From the NCBI GenBank assembly GCA_003427395.1, contig BFEA01000036.1, positions 243,148 through 307,147 of the forward strand: 64,000 nt of DNA, in the 5' to 3' direction. This DNA is from Chara braunii (taxonomy: Eukaryota > Plantae > Charophyceae). Below, one piece after another: positions 36,061-49,689 of this stretch. The stretch's first letter is position 1; every line of letters begins with the position of its first letter. Below the pieces are notes generated by a model. It ran no database searches and had not been told where the DNA came from. It saw only the letters and a program-made list of their open reading frames with translations. The translations under genes and the position numbers were made by a program.

Positions 36061-38823
36061 TCGAATTTAGAAAATCCATCGAGATAGAGGTAAGATGGGA
36101 ATGAGAGAAATTGCTCAAACAGTAAACCTGGAATCAAAAGAAGTTTGAATTATGAATTAAGCCTCAAATTCAAGAAATTCACGAAATCAATCACAATGAA
36201 GATAATATTGAAAATACGATTTGATAAGATTTGAGAATCCAAATAGGGAACAGAATAGGGAATCAATTTTGATCTCCGAACGACTTACGACTCTGATTTC
36301 CAGAGCCCAAGGTTCAAGAAATCGCTCAGACAGTAAACCCGGAATACTAAGTAGAAAAAAAAATTGACAATCAATTGAGTCGGGAAATACTAAGCAAAAA
36401 AAATGAATCGACAATCAATTGTGTACGAGTGAAACCATAAAACAGATCACGAAATCAACAAGAAAAATTACGAACTACTGATTGAGATCAACTAAAAAAT
36501 CAGAATTCCATCCAAAAAATTACCTTCTAAGAAGTTCCCGTATCAAGAAAAAAAACAACAACAAAATTAGGGCATGCCTCAAGAATTACTGGAGATCATG
36601 TCGCTGCGTGAAGTCGCCTTGAAACGCCTGAAGTCTTAATTCGTGCAGTCCATCACGTAGCGCTCCACTCTCGCTATCCCCTGATCCAGTTGCCCCGCTG
36701 CTGTAGAGTCCAAACTCAACCCCTGCCTCTTCCTGCAGGAGCAGCACGTTCGCCTCCCCATAGCCCGTGCTAATATAGCCCCTTGGCCAGCCACACTGAC
36801 CAGAAGAGATTTGGTAGGACACAATCACATCCCTATCACTGCCATACGTGATTGCATTGTGAGTAACCACGCCAAGCCTGTTGACGCCACCTCACAAAAA
36901 GTCCAGTCCCTACCCAACGAACCAGAGGCCACTAAATCAAGAAGGATAGACGGAGTAGAAAAGCTAGTATAGGAAATCCCCCACCATCAAGCCCCCGCTC
37001 GCCCCACCCACCTTCTCCTCGACACGATTCCACACCGCCACAACCGACGACCTGCCACCGCTCGTCCCCCATTGCACGCCGTAGCCGTTTTACACCCATC
37101 GTGCTACTTCGCACCGGTCGTCCACGATTCGCGCCGCGCCGCGCTCGCCTCGCCACGCCGTGGTGCACCGTGCTCCTGTGAATCCTGCACCGGACCTGGA
37201 CGGGGCGCAACACTCCCAGCCGCGCTGCAGCCCCCTAGTCGCAAAATCTGATGATGTTTTGCAGTCACACTTTCCCCCCACCCCCAGCAAAATCACAAAC
37301 AGTGTAGTCTTTGTCAGCGGCCTGGTGGGCCGCGGGGTTCAGCAAATTGCGAGGAAATCGCATTTGACTTTCGTCAAAAAAAAAAAAAAAAAAAAAAACC
37401 CTCCACCGGCCAGAAAACGCAACTTCGTGCCTACTACAGTCCAAATTGCTATGTTCGGTTGCCAACGGGACAGTCATACAACGCCTGTGTCATTTTTGGC
37501 TTCGCGCACAACAAAATGCCTAATGGGTTTGTCCGTAGTGGAGGAGTCCCTTCCGCCCCCAGGTGAGTTTCGTACCCACTTGCGCTGCCCTTCCACCCTT
37601 CTCCGCAGTTTCTCCCCCCGTTTCCACATGCATTAGTCTTGCCCTCCGCAAGATTAGTCAGGCCCTCCGCAAGAATAGACGCAGATTCCGCTGCCCTCTG
37701 CGCAGTTTCAGGGCTTGAATGAGCACATATATGCGGGCAGGTGCAAAGAACCGTGCTGCCAGCTCTTTTTCTACCAGGGCTTGAACGAGCAGATGTATGC
37801 GGGCAGGTGCAAAGAACCATGCTGCCAACTCTTTTTCTGTCTCTCAGCACATGGTAACGTGGATTCGAGTGCTTGGCCGATCGAAGCGGTACCACAGTGG
37901 CTGCTGCCAGGCGAACCCTTTGAAGCATACTTGCAAGCGGACGCTGTCCGCGCGGTTCCGAAAGTGCGGCGGACTGTCGGACCCGACTCCTGCGGCGCAC
38001 GAATGCGCGCCCGACGACCACCTCCAAAAAAAAAAAAAAAAACAGGGGTCGGAACAAAAGTTTTGAGGCCCCTTACGAAAAATGCGACCGGTGCCGCCAA
38101 TTTTTTTTTCAGCTTGCGCTCAAGCCCGGACCTCCTTGGGGTTTTGAAATTTGAAACCCTATTTCAGGGCACACTTGGTTTCGCGCCGTCCTGCCCGTCG
38201 CCATTCGCCAGCCATCTGCTGTTCGCGCCGTCCTGCCCATCACCGTTCGCCACCCTACTGCGTCGCCGTTCTGCCCGTCGCCATCTTGCCTATCATTGCT
38301 GCCGTTGAGGAGGAGGAGCAGCCCATCCCGCCTGTCGCCATACTGCTGTCCCCGACGGTGAGTGTCACCAGCCCATCGTCCTCCTCCCCCTCATTCTCCT
38401 CCGCTGCTCCTCCTCCTCCTCCACCTCCCCCTCGTCTCCCCCCTCTTCTGGTTCTCCTCGTCTCCCCCCTCTTCTGCCTCTCCTCGTCTTCGTCCTCCTC
38501 CACACTTCCTCCTGCCGTCATCCTGCCCATCCGCTTCTCCTCCTCTTATCCCTCGTCGTACTCCTCTCCATCCTCGCCGTCCTCCTCACTTTTGTTCTCC
38601 TTCCCCCCCCCACCTCGTCGTCCTCCTCTCCAGCCCGTCGTCTTCCTCCTTCCACTCGTTCTCCTCACTTTTGTGTCCATCCCCCATCATGGTAAGGTAC
38701 GGGTGCATTGCAAAGATGGAGTCCAGCTGATGGCTGGGATGTTTCGCAATATGTTTTTGTCATCGTCCTTCTTGGAGACACACCTTCTTGGAGACTCTCT
38801 CTCTCTCTCTCTCTCTCTTTGTG

Positions 38824-38883
<60 letters not shown>

Positions 38884-39119
38884 NNNNNNNNNNNNNNNNN
38901 NNNNNNNNNNNNNNNNNNNNNNNNNNNNNNNNNNNNNNNNNNNNNNNNNNNNNNNNNNNNNNNNNNNNNNNNNNNNNNNNNNNNNNNNNNNNNNNNNNNN
39001 NNNNNNNNNNNNNNNNNNNNNNTACTTCGATTGATAGGATGAGAAAAATCAATTGTACGGGTGTGAAGAACATGGAAAGGACGATGACAAAAACATAATG
39101 CGAAACACCCCAGCCATCA

Positions 39120-39905
39120 GCTGAACTCCATCTTTCCTCCATCCCTCCTCCATCTCTCGTCCATCTCTCCTCCATCTTTCCTCCATCCCTTCATCCCTCC
39201 TCCATCTCTCCTCCATCTCTCCTCCATTTGATCCCTCCTCCATCTCTCGTCCATCTTTCCTCCATCTTTCCTCCATCCCTCCTCCATCTCTCCTCCATCT
39301 TTCCTCCATCTCTCCTCCATCTCTCCTCCATCTTTCCTCCATCTTTCCTCCCATCTCTCCTCCATCTCTCCTCCATCTCTTCTCCATCTCTTCTCCATCC
39401 CTCCTCCATCTCTCCTCCATCTCTCCTCCATCTCTTCTCCATTTCTCCTCCATTTTTCCTACATCTCTCGTCCATCATTCCTCCATCTCTCCATCATCTC
39501 TCGTCCATTTCTCCTACATCTGTAGTACACTTCTCCTCCATCTTTCCTACTATACACCCATCTCTCCTCCATCTCTCCTCCATCTCTCGTCCATCTCTCC
39601 TCCATCCCTCCTCCATCTCTCCTCCATCTTTCCTCCATCCCTCCTCCATCCGTCCTCCATTTCTCCTACATCTCTCCTCCATCTCTCCTCCATCTTCCTC
39701 CATCTCTCCTCCATTTCGCCTACATCTCTAGTCCATCTCTCCTCCATCTTTTGTTCGTCTTTCCTACTATTGTCTCCAATCTCTCCTCCATTCCTCCTCC
39801 ATTTCTCCTCCATCTCTCCTCCATCTTTCCTCCATCTCATGTCCATCTCTCCTCCATTTCTCCTCCATCTCTCGTCCATCTCTCCTCCATCTCTCCTCCA
39901 TGCCT
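39120..39905. repeat. CTCTCCTCCAT-type minisatellite inside the hAT element
   Basis: Degenerate ~11-bp unit array. Confidence 0.95.
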
Positions 39906-39986
39906 CCTCTATCTCTCGAAGAGAACGATAGAGTACAGGGTGTACATGTGGAGCGGGGCTGATATTCTGGCTGGGTGCCAGTCATC

Positions 39987-42796
39987 ATGTCGGGCCGCAA
40001 GTATAAAGCCAGCCTTGTCAAGCGCCATTTTGATGTCCTTGGCCCCGCGGGTAAGGATCCTTCGAAGGGGGGAAAGTGGTGGCTCTACCATTACTGCGAT
40101 CAAAATTTTTTTGGCAATCTCAATTGCCTGAAGGAATATTTCACGAAGAGGATTTGCGCAGTTGAGAAATCAACAAAAACATTGACCGCAGAGGAAATAT
40201 TGAGAAAGAAGGAAGGATTGCGGCAGGCAAGGATAGACTCGGGCATGCCGAGGGATTGTGCCAATGCCCTACCTACTGTCAGCAGTTTGGTGGCTGCTTC
40301 TATGGGCGGGGGTTTGGTCAAAGAGGTGGGCTACGCTTGTGGCGAAGCGGCGAGCGACGCTTGTGACGAAGGGGTGGGCGGCAGCGGGCCAAGTGTCACG
40401 GCGCATCGCACAGGTGCATCTGCTGCACCTGCTGCACGGATGCGATAGATGGTGTTGGAGGAGACCGACAGCGTCGTCACAAAGAATGAGCAGACGTCAA
40501 GAAGAGTAGACTGCTGGATGGCGTGCACGAACCAACCATTCAACATGGTTGAGAACGAGTTCTTCAACGACATGGTGAACGCCATACAATAGGCCCACCC
40601 ATCATGGAGACTGCACTCGAGAGAGGCGGCGCGTAATGGTCGATTGAACGGACAACACCAGAGGGCGATCGAGGACGTGGGGAGGTTGGCGAAGAAGTGG
40701 GCTCGCACAAGCTGTATGGTGCAAGTAGATGGGTGGTCTGACCGACGGGGAAGACCACACGTAAACGTCATGGTGTCCTCTCCCATCGGCACCGTCTTTT
40801 GGAAGTCGGTGTGCGTAGCGGGAAAGGACAAAGACGCCAGTGCGTACTACAGAATACTCACCGCTGCGATTGAGGAGATTGGCCCAAGATGCGTGGTTGG
40901 GGTGATCATGGATAATGCCCGAGTTTGTGTGAAGGCCGGGAAGTTGGTGGAGAAAAAATACCCGTGGATATTCCGGGTGGGTTGCGCGGCGCATGCCCTT
41001 GACCTCGCATTGGAGGACATGGACAAGCGCATTCCGTGGTTTGCGGAGACTGTGAAGAGGGGGAATGTGTTGGGGAAGTTCGTGATGAACCACGACAAGG
41101 TTCGAGCACTCTTCTTGACCAAATCGGGTGGTGTGCAGATTAAGAGGCCGGGCGTCACTCGATTCGCGACCAACATCATCATGTTACAGTCGCTGTGGGA
41201 CAGGAGAAACGCCCTGAAATTGACTGTGGCTGCCAGCGGGTGGGTCTCCTCCATAGTGCCGCCCCACTTGCGTTCCCAATTCGAGGAGGTGACGGCGACT
41301 ATCTTGGATGGCGGCTTTTGGGAGCGGGTGGACAAGGCCTTGAGGACCACGGACCCCATCGTAACGCTATTGAAGCTCGTCGATGGTCCAGACGCAACAA
41401 TCGCCAAGGTTTATCATCGAATGGATGGTGTGGTGGAGTCAGATTCGCGAGCTGGACATCTTGACAGACTTTGAGAAGGCAGAGGTCGAGTCGATCCTCA
41501 TGGATCGATGGGCGTTCATGACTTCAGAGTTGCACTGTGCAGCAGCCTTCTTGGACCCGGAGTACAGATCGCAGGGCTCCTTCAAAGACACCGGGATCCG
41601 AGCCGGGTTCAACATCTGGTTGTACACCCGGTGCACGGATGAGATGTTCAATGATGGGAGCTGGCAGGTTGACGAGTGGGTGAATTTGAGGGGGGCCTTG
41701 CAATCAGAGGAAGCTTTGCGTGCAACACGCACCAAGACCCCGACGATGTGGTGGGAAGCGTTTGGCTCGCGGCTGCATCTTTTGCAGCCCCAAGCGATCA
41801 GACTGTTGGGCCAGGCAAGCTCATCCGCGGCATGCGAACGCAACTGGAGCCTGCATGAGCTCGTTTTTGGCAGGAGGAGGACGAAGCTAATGCCCACCCG
41901 CCTATCAAAGCTCGTCTACAACAATTGGAACCTCCACCTGCAATGGAGGCAAGAGCACGGTCGTGGTGAGGATGATGTCCACATTCCGTGGGTGAAGGAA
42001 ATGCCAGAAGCCGAGTTGAAGGAGGAGGCAGAGCAATTTTACAGTGATTGAATGAAACGGGTGAAGAACAGCACGCCGAGTGGCGGGAATGATACATCAG
42101 ACAAGGAAGACGAGTCGGAGGACGACGACGATGGTGAGGAAATGCCTATGGCAAGGAGGTGGTTGCGCAATGACGAGGTGGACAATGCAATGGACCAGGC
42201 GGAGGGCCTTGCGCACATAGATAAGTACACGAACGACTGACACTTCAACACTTGACCGTGGAGGCAGCTGGAGCGAGCCTTGCGAAGGTTGTCGGGCCAC
42301 CAGCGCCCAACACTTGAAGTGCGGTATAACAAGGAGGACCGGGAGCTTGCACTGCGGGCTCGACAGACGGGCAATTGGGTGGAGGGTCGGAGGCAGCAGG
42401 CAACGTAAAGTGCCACGCGATGATGAGGATCGTCGTGACGGTAAACGTGCTGCGGAGGAGGACATTGCACCTCCCGAGAAATAAAGGAGAGGGCGGCCGA
42501 CCAACAAAGAGGTCGCAGCAAGAAAAGCAGCAATGCGAGCTGAGAAGAAAAAGGCAGCGTTGGAAGCATCGAGAAAAAAGAAAACTGCTGGAAAGAAAAA
42601 AGCAGCAGCAAAAACAAGAAAGAGGGACAACATCATCGACGATGACGGCACAGAAGCATGTTCATCGTCTTCAACTTCATCAGAGGAAGGGGATGATGAA
42701 GATCATGATGCCAACACAAAGGGAGGAGGAAGAGGAAGGGGAGGGGGAAGAGGAAGGGGAGGAGAAAGAGGAAGGGGTCGCAAAGGAAGAGGGTGA
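39987..42796 (+). pseudogene. hAT transposase (degenerate BED finger, DUF659-type RNase H fold, dimerisation domain)
   Basis: QVDGWSD, MDNA, CAAHALDL, TRFAT, AAAFLDP, SSAACERNWS; premature TAG/TGA codons and a frameshift near 41440. Confidence 0.93.
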
Positions 42797-43163
42797 GACT
42801 TCTGCACGGGGAGGTGCAGAGGATTAGGAAATTTAGGCGGAGTTGATGCCGCTGGGTGAGACTTCTGCACTGGGAGGTGCAGAGGATTAGGAAATTTAGG
42901 CGGAGTTGATGCCGCTGACAGCAAAGTTTGCAGTTTCGCGGTTTATCTTTCGATGTTCGGTTGAACTTAGAACAAAGTAAGAACTGTGAACTACAACTTC
43001 TAGAAAAACGATGTTGCTTTACAAAGATGCTAAATTTCAACAACGCTGGATCTCTGGGATGAAATCATTGAATCCTAAATTTTCGGAACAGATTGACTTG
43101 ATATTGCAATCAAAACAAAAACTCAGAGAATGATATAGTCCATTTTTGATTTAAATTCAAAAT

Positions 43164-43322
43164 GACCCTGGTAGTCCATGCCGTAAACGATGAGTGTTGG
43201 TCCTTGGTCTACGCCCGGTGGTTTTTGGGGGCGATTCGATGAGGGACCTAGCTAACGCGTTAAACACTCCGCCTGGGGAGTACGGTCGCAAGGCNGAAAC
43301 TCAAAGGAATTGACGGGGGCCN

Positions 43323-43355
<33 letters not shown>

Positions 43356-43430
43356 ACAACGCGCAAAACCTTACCAGCCCTTGACATATGAAAGAAACTC
43401 CTCGTAAGAGGTGTACTTTGACTTCATACA
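43164..43430 (+). pseudogene. rrn18: Nuclear insertion of a mitochondrial SSU rRNA fragment (NUMT)
   Basis: GACCCTGGTAGTCCATGCCGTAAACGATGAGTGTT...AAACTCAAAGGAATTGACGG...GATACAACGCGCAAAACCTTACCAGCCCTTGACATATGAA...TTCATACA, plant-mitochondrial signature variants of the universal 16S motifs. Confidence 0.9.
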
Positions 43431-45001
43431 AAGTTGTAGTTCATCTTCTCATCATCAGTAAAGTAACTCAAGTTAAGTCTTTGAGTTGAACAAAGTAAGA
43501 ACTGTGAACTACAACTTCTAGAAGTTGTAGTTCATCTTCTCATCATCAGTTAAGTAACTCAAGTTAAGTATTTGAGTTGGCATTTTGTCCATTCCTCCCG
43601 TGTTGCAGTGTGCGTGCGTGGTTTTCTGTCATTTGCCCAATTGCAGTGTGCTGTTTTGCTGGCTATGCAGTGTTTCTGTGTCTGCATCAGGTAACAAGTA
43701 ATAACAAGTTAACAGGTGAGTACCCTGCCACACTGCCTGCCCCGCCAATGCAATTGCTACAGTCACGACACCGTCACTTGTTTCATAAGACGAGTCTTGT
43801 GCGTACCCCCCTACATTTGCCAATAGTTCGCAACTTCGGACCCCTCAGAGGTGTGCACTCCCCACCAACAATGCCCCCCACCCAGCGGAACCTCAAAAAA
43901 AAANNNNNNNNNNNNNNNNNNNNNNNNNNNNNNNNNNNNNNNNNNNNNNNNNNGCGGGGAAGGCACCGCTCCAGTCCCGGACCAAACCGCACCGGACAGA
44001 AGAGTACCGCGTCGTACCCCATCTGGCCCCGTCCGGTCCGGTCCGGTCCGGTCCGGCTCTGTCCGGTCCGGCTCTGTCTGCTTGCAAGTATGCTTTGAAG
44101 TCATGCCCGTGCGGGCCCAAATGTTATAGGAAAAGGGGGAAAAAAAAAAAAAAAAAAAAGACATGAAAAGTTGAAAGCCCAATAAAAAATATTCCACCAT
44201 CTGCTATCAGCTGTGTGACCACGCTAATACCAAATGGACCAATTTTCAGCAAGTTGGGGCGATGTATCATTCACAAAGGCAGCCGTGTGTGAGTACGCAC
44301 CACAGCTAAACCTCAAAATCGCAGTTGCAAAACTGCAGATGGAGCCTCTCCTCCGGTGGTAGTGCTGTCTGCTCTTATCAGCAGCACTAACACTGAAAGG
44401 GGTGTTCTTCTAAAAACAAAAAAAAACAAAAAAAACAAAAAAGATTATGCAATTTTGCTATTCATGTGTGAGTATGCCCTTAGGGTGATAAAGTGCTCAC
44501 ACAGCATCCAGACAAACGATAGAGGTACAACTGCAGGGCCCTCCAAGGAGTATACCTCCCCGTGGGGAACAGGGGCCATTGGTGGAAGGCAAAAAGAAGA
44601 ACCAGATGTGGCAGCTCGGAAGACTTGAACACACGGATAGTAAGACAGGGGACAATATGTAAGAGATCTGCCAAGATGCTGGCAGGGACTGGATTAGTCA
44701 ATTAAATCTGTACGGACAGAGAGGACTCGGTGCACCCCTGTTGTGAGGGGTGAGCAGTTAATCCACTCTTAGGACAAATAATGCTAGCCACCACACAAGT
44801 CTGTTAACTTCGCTTCGCTGTGTATTTGTTGTTGTACAAAGGGGAAGGACCCGGTTTCCAACAGGTGAAGCTCCCCACCAATAGGTTGGAGTCGTCACAC
44901 AGAAGGCCTACTACAGGCGGTTGAATGTATCACCTCCAGTAATAGGCCTTCAACAGATTCTTTAAAAAAAAAACAAAAAAAACAGCAGGTTGAACCGTTG
45001 A

Positions 45002-45132
45002 ACCACCAGTACTTCCTAAAGTCAGGGAAACAAGCAACAGTTTTAGGAAATGTACCGGTCACTGAAGAAGCGACCAAATTCATCCGACTACAAACGTTTC
45101 AACGGCTGATAGCTGGACCAAGTACTGGTGGT
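45002..45132. mobile_element. TTAA-family MITE
   Basis: TIR ACCACCAGTACTT / AAGTACTGGTGGT; homologous to 53605-53755. Confidence 0.85.
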
Positions 45133-45223
45133 TGAAACATCAAGCTCAGAGCAAGGAGTAAACAATTCCAAAGAAAAGGATTCTTCAATCAGAACAATTT
45201 AATCTTCAAACACAGGTACGGCA

Positions 45224-45272
45224 TCCCCGACGCTACGTTTCGACTGTCGCCAGACAGTCATCCTCAGGGGGA
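45224..45272 (-). ncRNA. Type I minimal hammerhead ribozyme (Penelope-like element type)
   Basis: UCCCC-CUGAGGA-U-GACUGUC-UGGC-GACAGUC-GAAACG-UAG-CGUC^GGGGA: intact core, 5-bp stem I, 7-bp stem II, minimal stem III. Confidence 0.88.
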
Positions 45273-46785
45273 ACCACCTTCGTCCTCAAACACTAATATT
45301 CCTTCCACAAACCCGCTTCCAGTGCTAATCCTTCCCGGATCTCTGGACAGCCGGGACATCCCAGTGAGTGTCAGACCTGAAAGAGGTTGAACTCTAACTT
45401 CGCTGATTATATAGTGAGGTCAACAATCAGGGAATATATACTTCGACCCAAATTCCTGAGTTCCAAAAGCCGCTACCCTTCAAAGGGCACCACTTGGACT
45501 TCCCAAAGCTTCAAAAGAAAAGAGTAAAGCTACCTACAGGGCCGAGAAGAATGCCGAAGCAAAAAAAAGGGGGGTTACCAACTCACAGTGCAGGTAAATC
45601 CCTTAGCGAATGGAAGAGGTCTGAGGATCAAAACTTTCCATCTAAAACCAAAGCAAAGAAAAACAGAAAAAACAAAACTCCTGAGGGTACCTGTGCCGAG
45701 GCAAAAACAGTGGGCTAAAACAGCACTACCGGGTGGAATAGCACACCACACCGATGTTCACAGATACAGGATTCACCTTGTAACCAAACAAAGCCACACC
45801 AAACGAGGCCTGTGACCATGGCTGAGGTACACAAGTGAAATAAATTGGCGCGTATCATCGAAGTCGATCCTCCTCCAATGGTCGGAACCACTTGTAAGAC
45901 CAAATTATGCATCTCCAGGCTGCCATCACGCCAAGCACTACCCTATTTTTCAGACATTTGCACACAACTCAGAAGACGAGGGGAATTACTGACACTTAAT
46001 TCGCAGCCCAATAAATTTCAACATCCAGCTCAACGGAGGTTAAAGCATCGCTCCAAAGATCACCTTGGAGGGCCGCTGGACCAGGCTTCCTGCAGGTGAT
46101 GCTCCCCACCAATAGACTGGAGGGATCTCTGGTGGGCGTAGTATTGGAGGATGCTCATACCACTCCCAATAACATGCCCTAGCAGATATTTGAAGAAAAA
46201 AGAAAAAAGAGGTTGCAATCCACATAAGCACACAGGACACAGGCCAGGGGAGGGCTTGTGGAGGGCTTGAGCTCTTCCCCATTGGAATACCCACATCCTG
46301 GCACAGCAAAACACCAGTTGCCGTAGTGTAAATGTGTGCAAGATCCAATTAAAAAGTGCCACTAAGACACCCAAACATGCTCACTCGTCCCGGCAGCTGA
46401 CTCCAGGATAGTTCGCACACGCTATGCACAATCTATAGTGGGTTTTTACTCCTTGCCCAACAATTCTTCACAGGCCTATCTTCTGAACTTTGGAGTTCGT
46501 ATCCAACAGATCTAAGAGACAAGGGGCTTTTGTGCTCAGAGACCAGAGAGTAAATCAGGACTGCAAGTTCCAAAAGACTTTTGCACCACCTTTCGACCCC
46601 TTTCCTGTTCAAAAGCAAGTACTGCGCTTACTGATCTAAGGTCTGAGGGTAGGTACATTGGCTCTAGGGATATGGGCGGGCCCTACAGAATCAGGGGGGG
46701 GGAAAGGAAAACGACTGCACAAAATGCAAAGCCACCCACATTACCAACCTGCTGGGGCAAGATCGCACTCGTCCAGATTTTTCAC

Positions 46786-47232
46786 TTCTTTTCTTTCTTT
46801 TTTTTTCTTTTTTTATATACATAAAAGCCCAGGGTGTTGTAGAGGCCAAGGACCAGACCCGCGGTGATTGCTGGTAGCAGCAGCCAATGGTTGTCCTGAC
46901 AGGATAGGCCACCTACCCTACCCATCCCCAAGTTAATACTCCCAGCGCACCCCGACCCTACTATCCTACCTCAGTGTGACCAGCACTCAGGAGAATCAGC
47001 CTACCAGTATACGGGGCAACTTGGACCAGACAGCAGTGACAAGCACCAAGGCTGGGGCAACCTCACAGCCCTGATGGAAGCGGGAAGCGGACGAACCTTG
47101 CCGTACAGGAACTTCGGACGCCAGGCTCATGCAATCTTCTACAGGCCCGATTCAGAGAGTCTACCCCGCAGGATTACCTAAGCAAGGCAGGCCAGCGCAT
47201 GCAGACACATCCTACCGTCCTTCCCCTAGCTT
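46786..47232 (-). mobile_element. Retroposed repeat (second copy at ~55645-56068)
   Basis: ~410 bp of near-identical sequence in two places, each preceded by a T-rich tract on the + strand. Confidence 0.85.
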
Positions 47233-47914
47233 ACCCAAGGCTAGGCAGAACTCAGACTAGCCAGAGCGGCTTATATCCCTACCCCTGCCCTAGATCTAAG
47301 CCATGCGTAAGTAGACCCCGTCATATACCTGATAGACCCCCCCAGCCCTGTATTGTAGTTGTGTGTATGTGTGTGTGCCCAGAGGCTATGTATTTTGTAT
47401 CTGCCCATAGGGCCATGTGTTTTGTATCTGCCCGAAGGCTATGTGTGCTCTGTGTAACTGTATAGCGAGATGTTTGTGCCCGAAGGCCAGATATGTGCAG
47501 TCTATGTGTGCTCTGTGTAACTGTATAGCGAGATGTACGTGCCCGAAGGCCAGATATGTGCAGTACTATGTAGAATGTTCGTTTGAAGAGACGACAGGCC
47601 AAGCTGGACAAGAACCCCCCCCAAAGTCCCAAGCCAGACTCAAACCCGTGATCTATGGCATGTGACCTGAAGACTCTACCAATCGCAAGCGGCCCCTGTG
47701 TGTGATATGCCAGACTGGGAAGATCAACAGAACAACCACGAGCAACAGCCACAAGCAACCCACACAGCATCAAGACCCGACATACAACACCATGGACAAC
47801 CCTTGGGTGGTGCGCAGGCAGTGCCTGTATAAGCTTACCGTGCGTCAGCCCAAGGGAATGTGTGTCCAGCCGTGCATCATTCTAACGCCCTGCCAGTGTC
47901 CATGCGCAAGGCTG

Positions 47915-47992
47915 CAATTGAGTTTTGAACCTACAACCTCATACCACAATGCGCATTTCCAACCAGTGCTCTAACCACTGAGCTAACATCTG
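47915..47992 (-). mobile_element. tRNA-derived SINE head (same family as 17013-17669)
   Basis: TAGCTCAGTGGTTAGAGCACTGGTTGGAAATGC...GGTTCAAAACTC. Confidence 0.75.
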
Positions 47993-48689
47993 CTGGCCAG
48001 GCTAGCGGAGGTGATATGAACAGCCCCCACTAGCCTCCCCGAGGATGTGTCCAGTCTTTTTTTTTTTTTTTCCCCAAATCAGTCGCTCCATCTATTGGTG
48101 GGGAACTGCACCTGCTGGAAAACAGGTCCAGCGTCCCTGGCTCCAGTCTATTGGTGGGGAGCAGCACCTGCTGGAAATCAGGTCCAGCATCCCTTCCAAA
48201 GCATCGAGAACATTATGATGGTCTGGAAGAACATATGAGGTATCAATATGGCCGCCTCACAACTCTGGACCATCCTACCCTCCCCTATCCCCTTTGCTAG
48301 TGTCCCCTGGAATACAGCGCCCCCCCACCCCAACCCTTTTTCCCTACCGAGATATCCCTGTACCCAATCCCACACTCTCATATGTCCTGGCCACACCACT
48401 CTGGTTCCTACCAGAGCCATTCCTGCCGGCGGGAGCATGTTGGAAACTCCTCCGGCGCTCTCGTGGGAATACTGGGATCTACCTGTAACCAATCGTGAAA
48501 GTGAAGCTTGTCGTCTTTCAGCCGGGGGATCCCCTCCCCCTCCTTCCCTGCGCATTCTACCTGGGCCATCCACCCTCCTCTTTCCCCACCCAGCCACCCT
48601 GCGCAGAACGGTTTTATTTCCTTACAGATGTCTGCTTTTTGTGTGAGATTCTACATTCTTTCCTGAGCCTTTTTCCACCGGATTCTTAT

Positions 48690-49335
48690 CTGTTTCTATA
48701 AATTGCTAGACTGTTCTGGGAGATCGCCTCCTTCCACCCTGGCCTCCTCCAGGGAGTGAACACATCTCCACCACAAGGTCCACACAACCGCTTTTCTACT
48801 GATTGAAAAGAGGTTGCTGGTGAAGGGGGAGAACTGTGGCTGCCTCCAAGCCCCTAGAAGGATCGCCTCCCATTTCCATGCACATACCTCCCCAGTGCCG
48901 AGCTGCGACCAGATGCAGTCCCACGAGCACCATATGAGGACCATGCCCGGGCACTGGAGAAATATATGCTCTATTCTCTCACGGATCCTGCGACTCAAGA
49001 CCGGGAGTGAATGCATTTGAGAGTTCGCCTCCTTCCACCCTGGCCCCCTCCAGGGAGTGAATGCGTCTCCTCCACCACAAGGTCTGCACAACTGCTTTTC
49101 TACTGATTGAGAAGAGGCTGGCGAAGGGGGAGGACTGTGGCTGCTGCCAAGCCCCTAGAAGGATCGCCTCCCATTTTCATGCCCATACCTCCTCAGTGCT
49201 GAGCTGCAACCCAGATCCTGCGACTCAAGACCGGTGTGGCAGAACTTGCACCATGGTAGGGCTATGATGGCTATCCCCCTCTGCTCCAGGTTCGAATGGT
49301 CGATAATCCAGTCATTTGTGGGGAGGCATCTGCCT
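48690..49335 (-). pseudogene. Duplicated LINE C-terminal (CCHC) fragments
   Basis: IEHIFLQCPG...WKWEAILLGAW...RKAVVWTLWWRC, partly duplicated. Confidence 0.85.
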
Positions 49336-49689
49336 GTTCACAGTCAGAATGTTTTTCCTTTTAAACCATCAGTGCTTTTCCCAGCCATTTTGCTTGCGAA
49401 CAGCTGTCATTTGGGACTGTACACAGAAGACAACCAGTTCTGGCCAGTGTTACTGGTGGGAGACATTGGGGCGGCCCTCCACCTCAGCATCCATAGAGGC
49501 TAGATGGTTTTGTCCCTTTCCCCCATCCTGCAGAGTATCCCAGCGAGCCTCCTGGCGCCTCCACAGGCTGGATCCCAGAATCTCAGAGCAGCGGCCCTCA
49601 TCCCATCTCAAGTTATAGACATGCTGTCTCAGGAGGAGACAAATGGGGACCATCGAGTAGACCACAGCAATGGGTGCGCAAGATAGCCC

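Larger units (their letters stand above)
37926..44092 (+). mobile_element. Complete hAT DNA transposon (decayed)
   Basis: TIR CATACTTGCAAGC(G/A)GAC at both ends; 8-bp TSD CTTTGAAG at 37918-37925 and 44093-44100; GTCCG subterminal repeats. Confidence 0.96.

Noticed and set aside
38700-39130. Inverted repeat around the (GT)n tract and gap
   Set aside because: The arms flank an assembly gap, so a local mis-orientation cannot be excluded.
39049-39879. MEERWRRDGG repeat ORFs
   Set aside because: They arise from a minisatellite open in several frames inside the hAT element.
43164-43430. Functional rRNA gene or bacterial contaminant
   Set aside because: It is a 267-bp internal fragment with plant-mitochondrial signatures, embedded in a TIR/TSD-bounded element.
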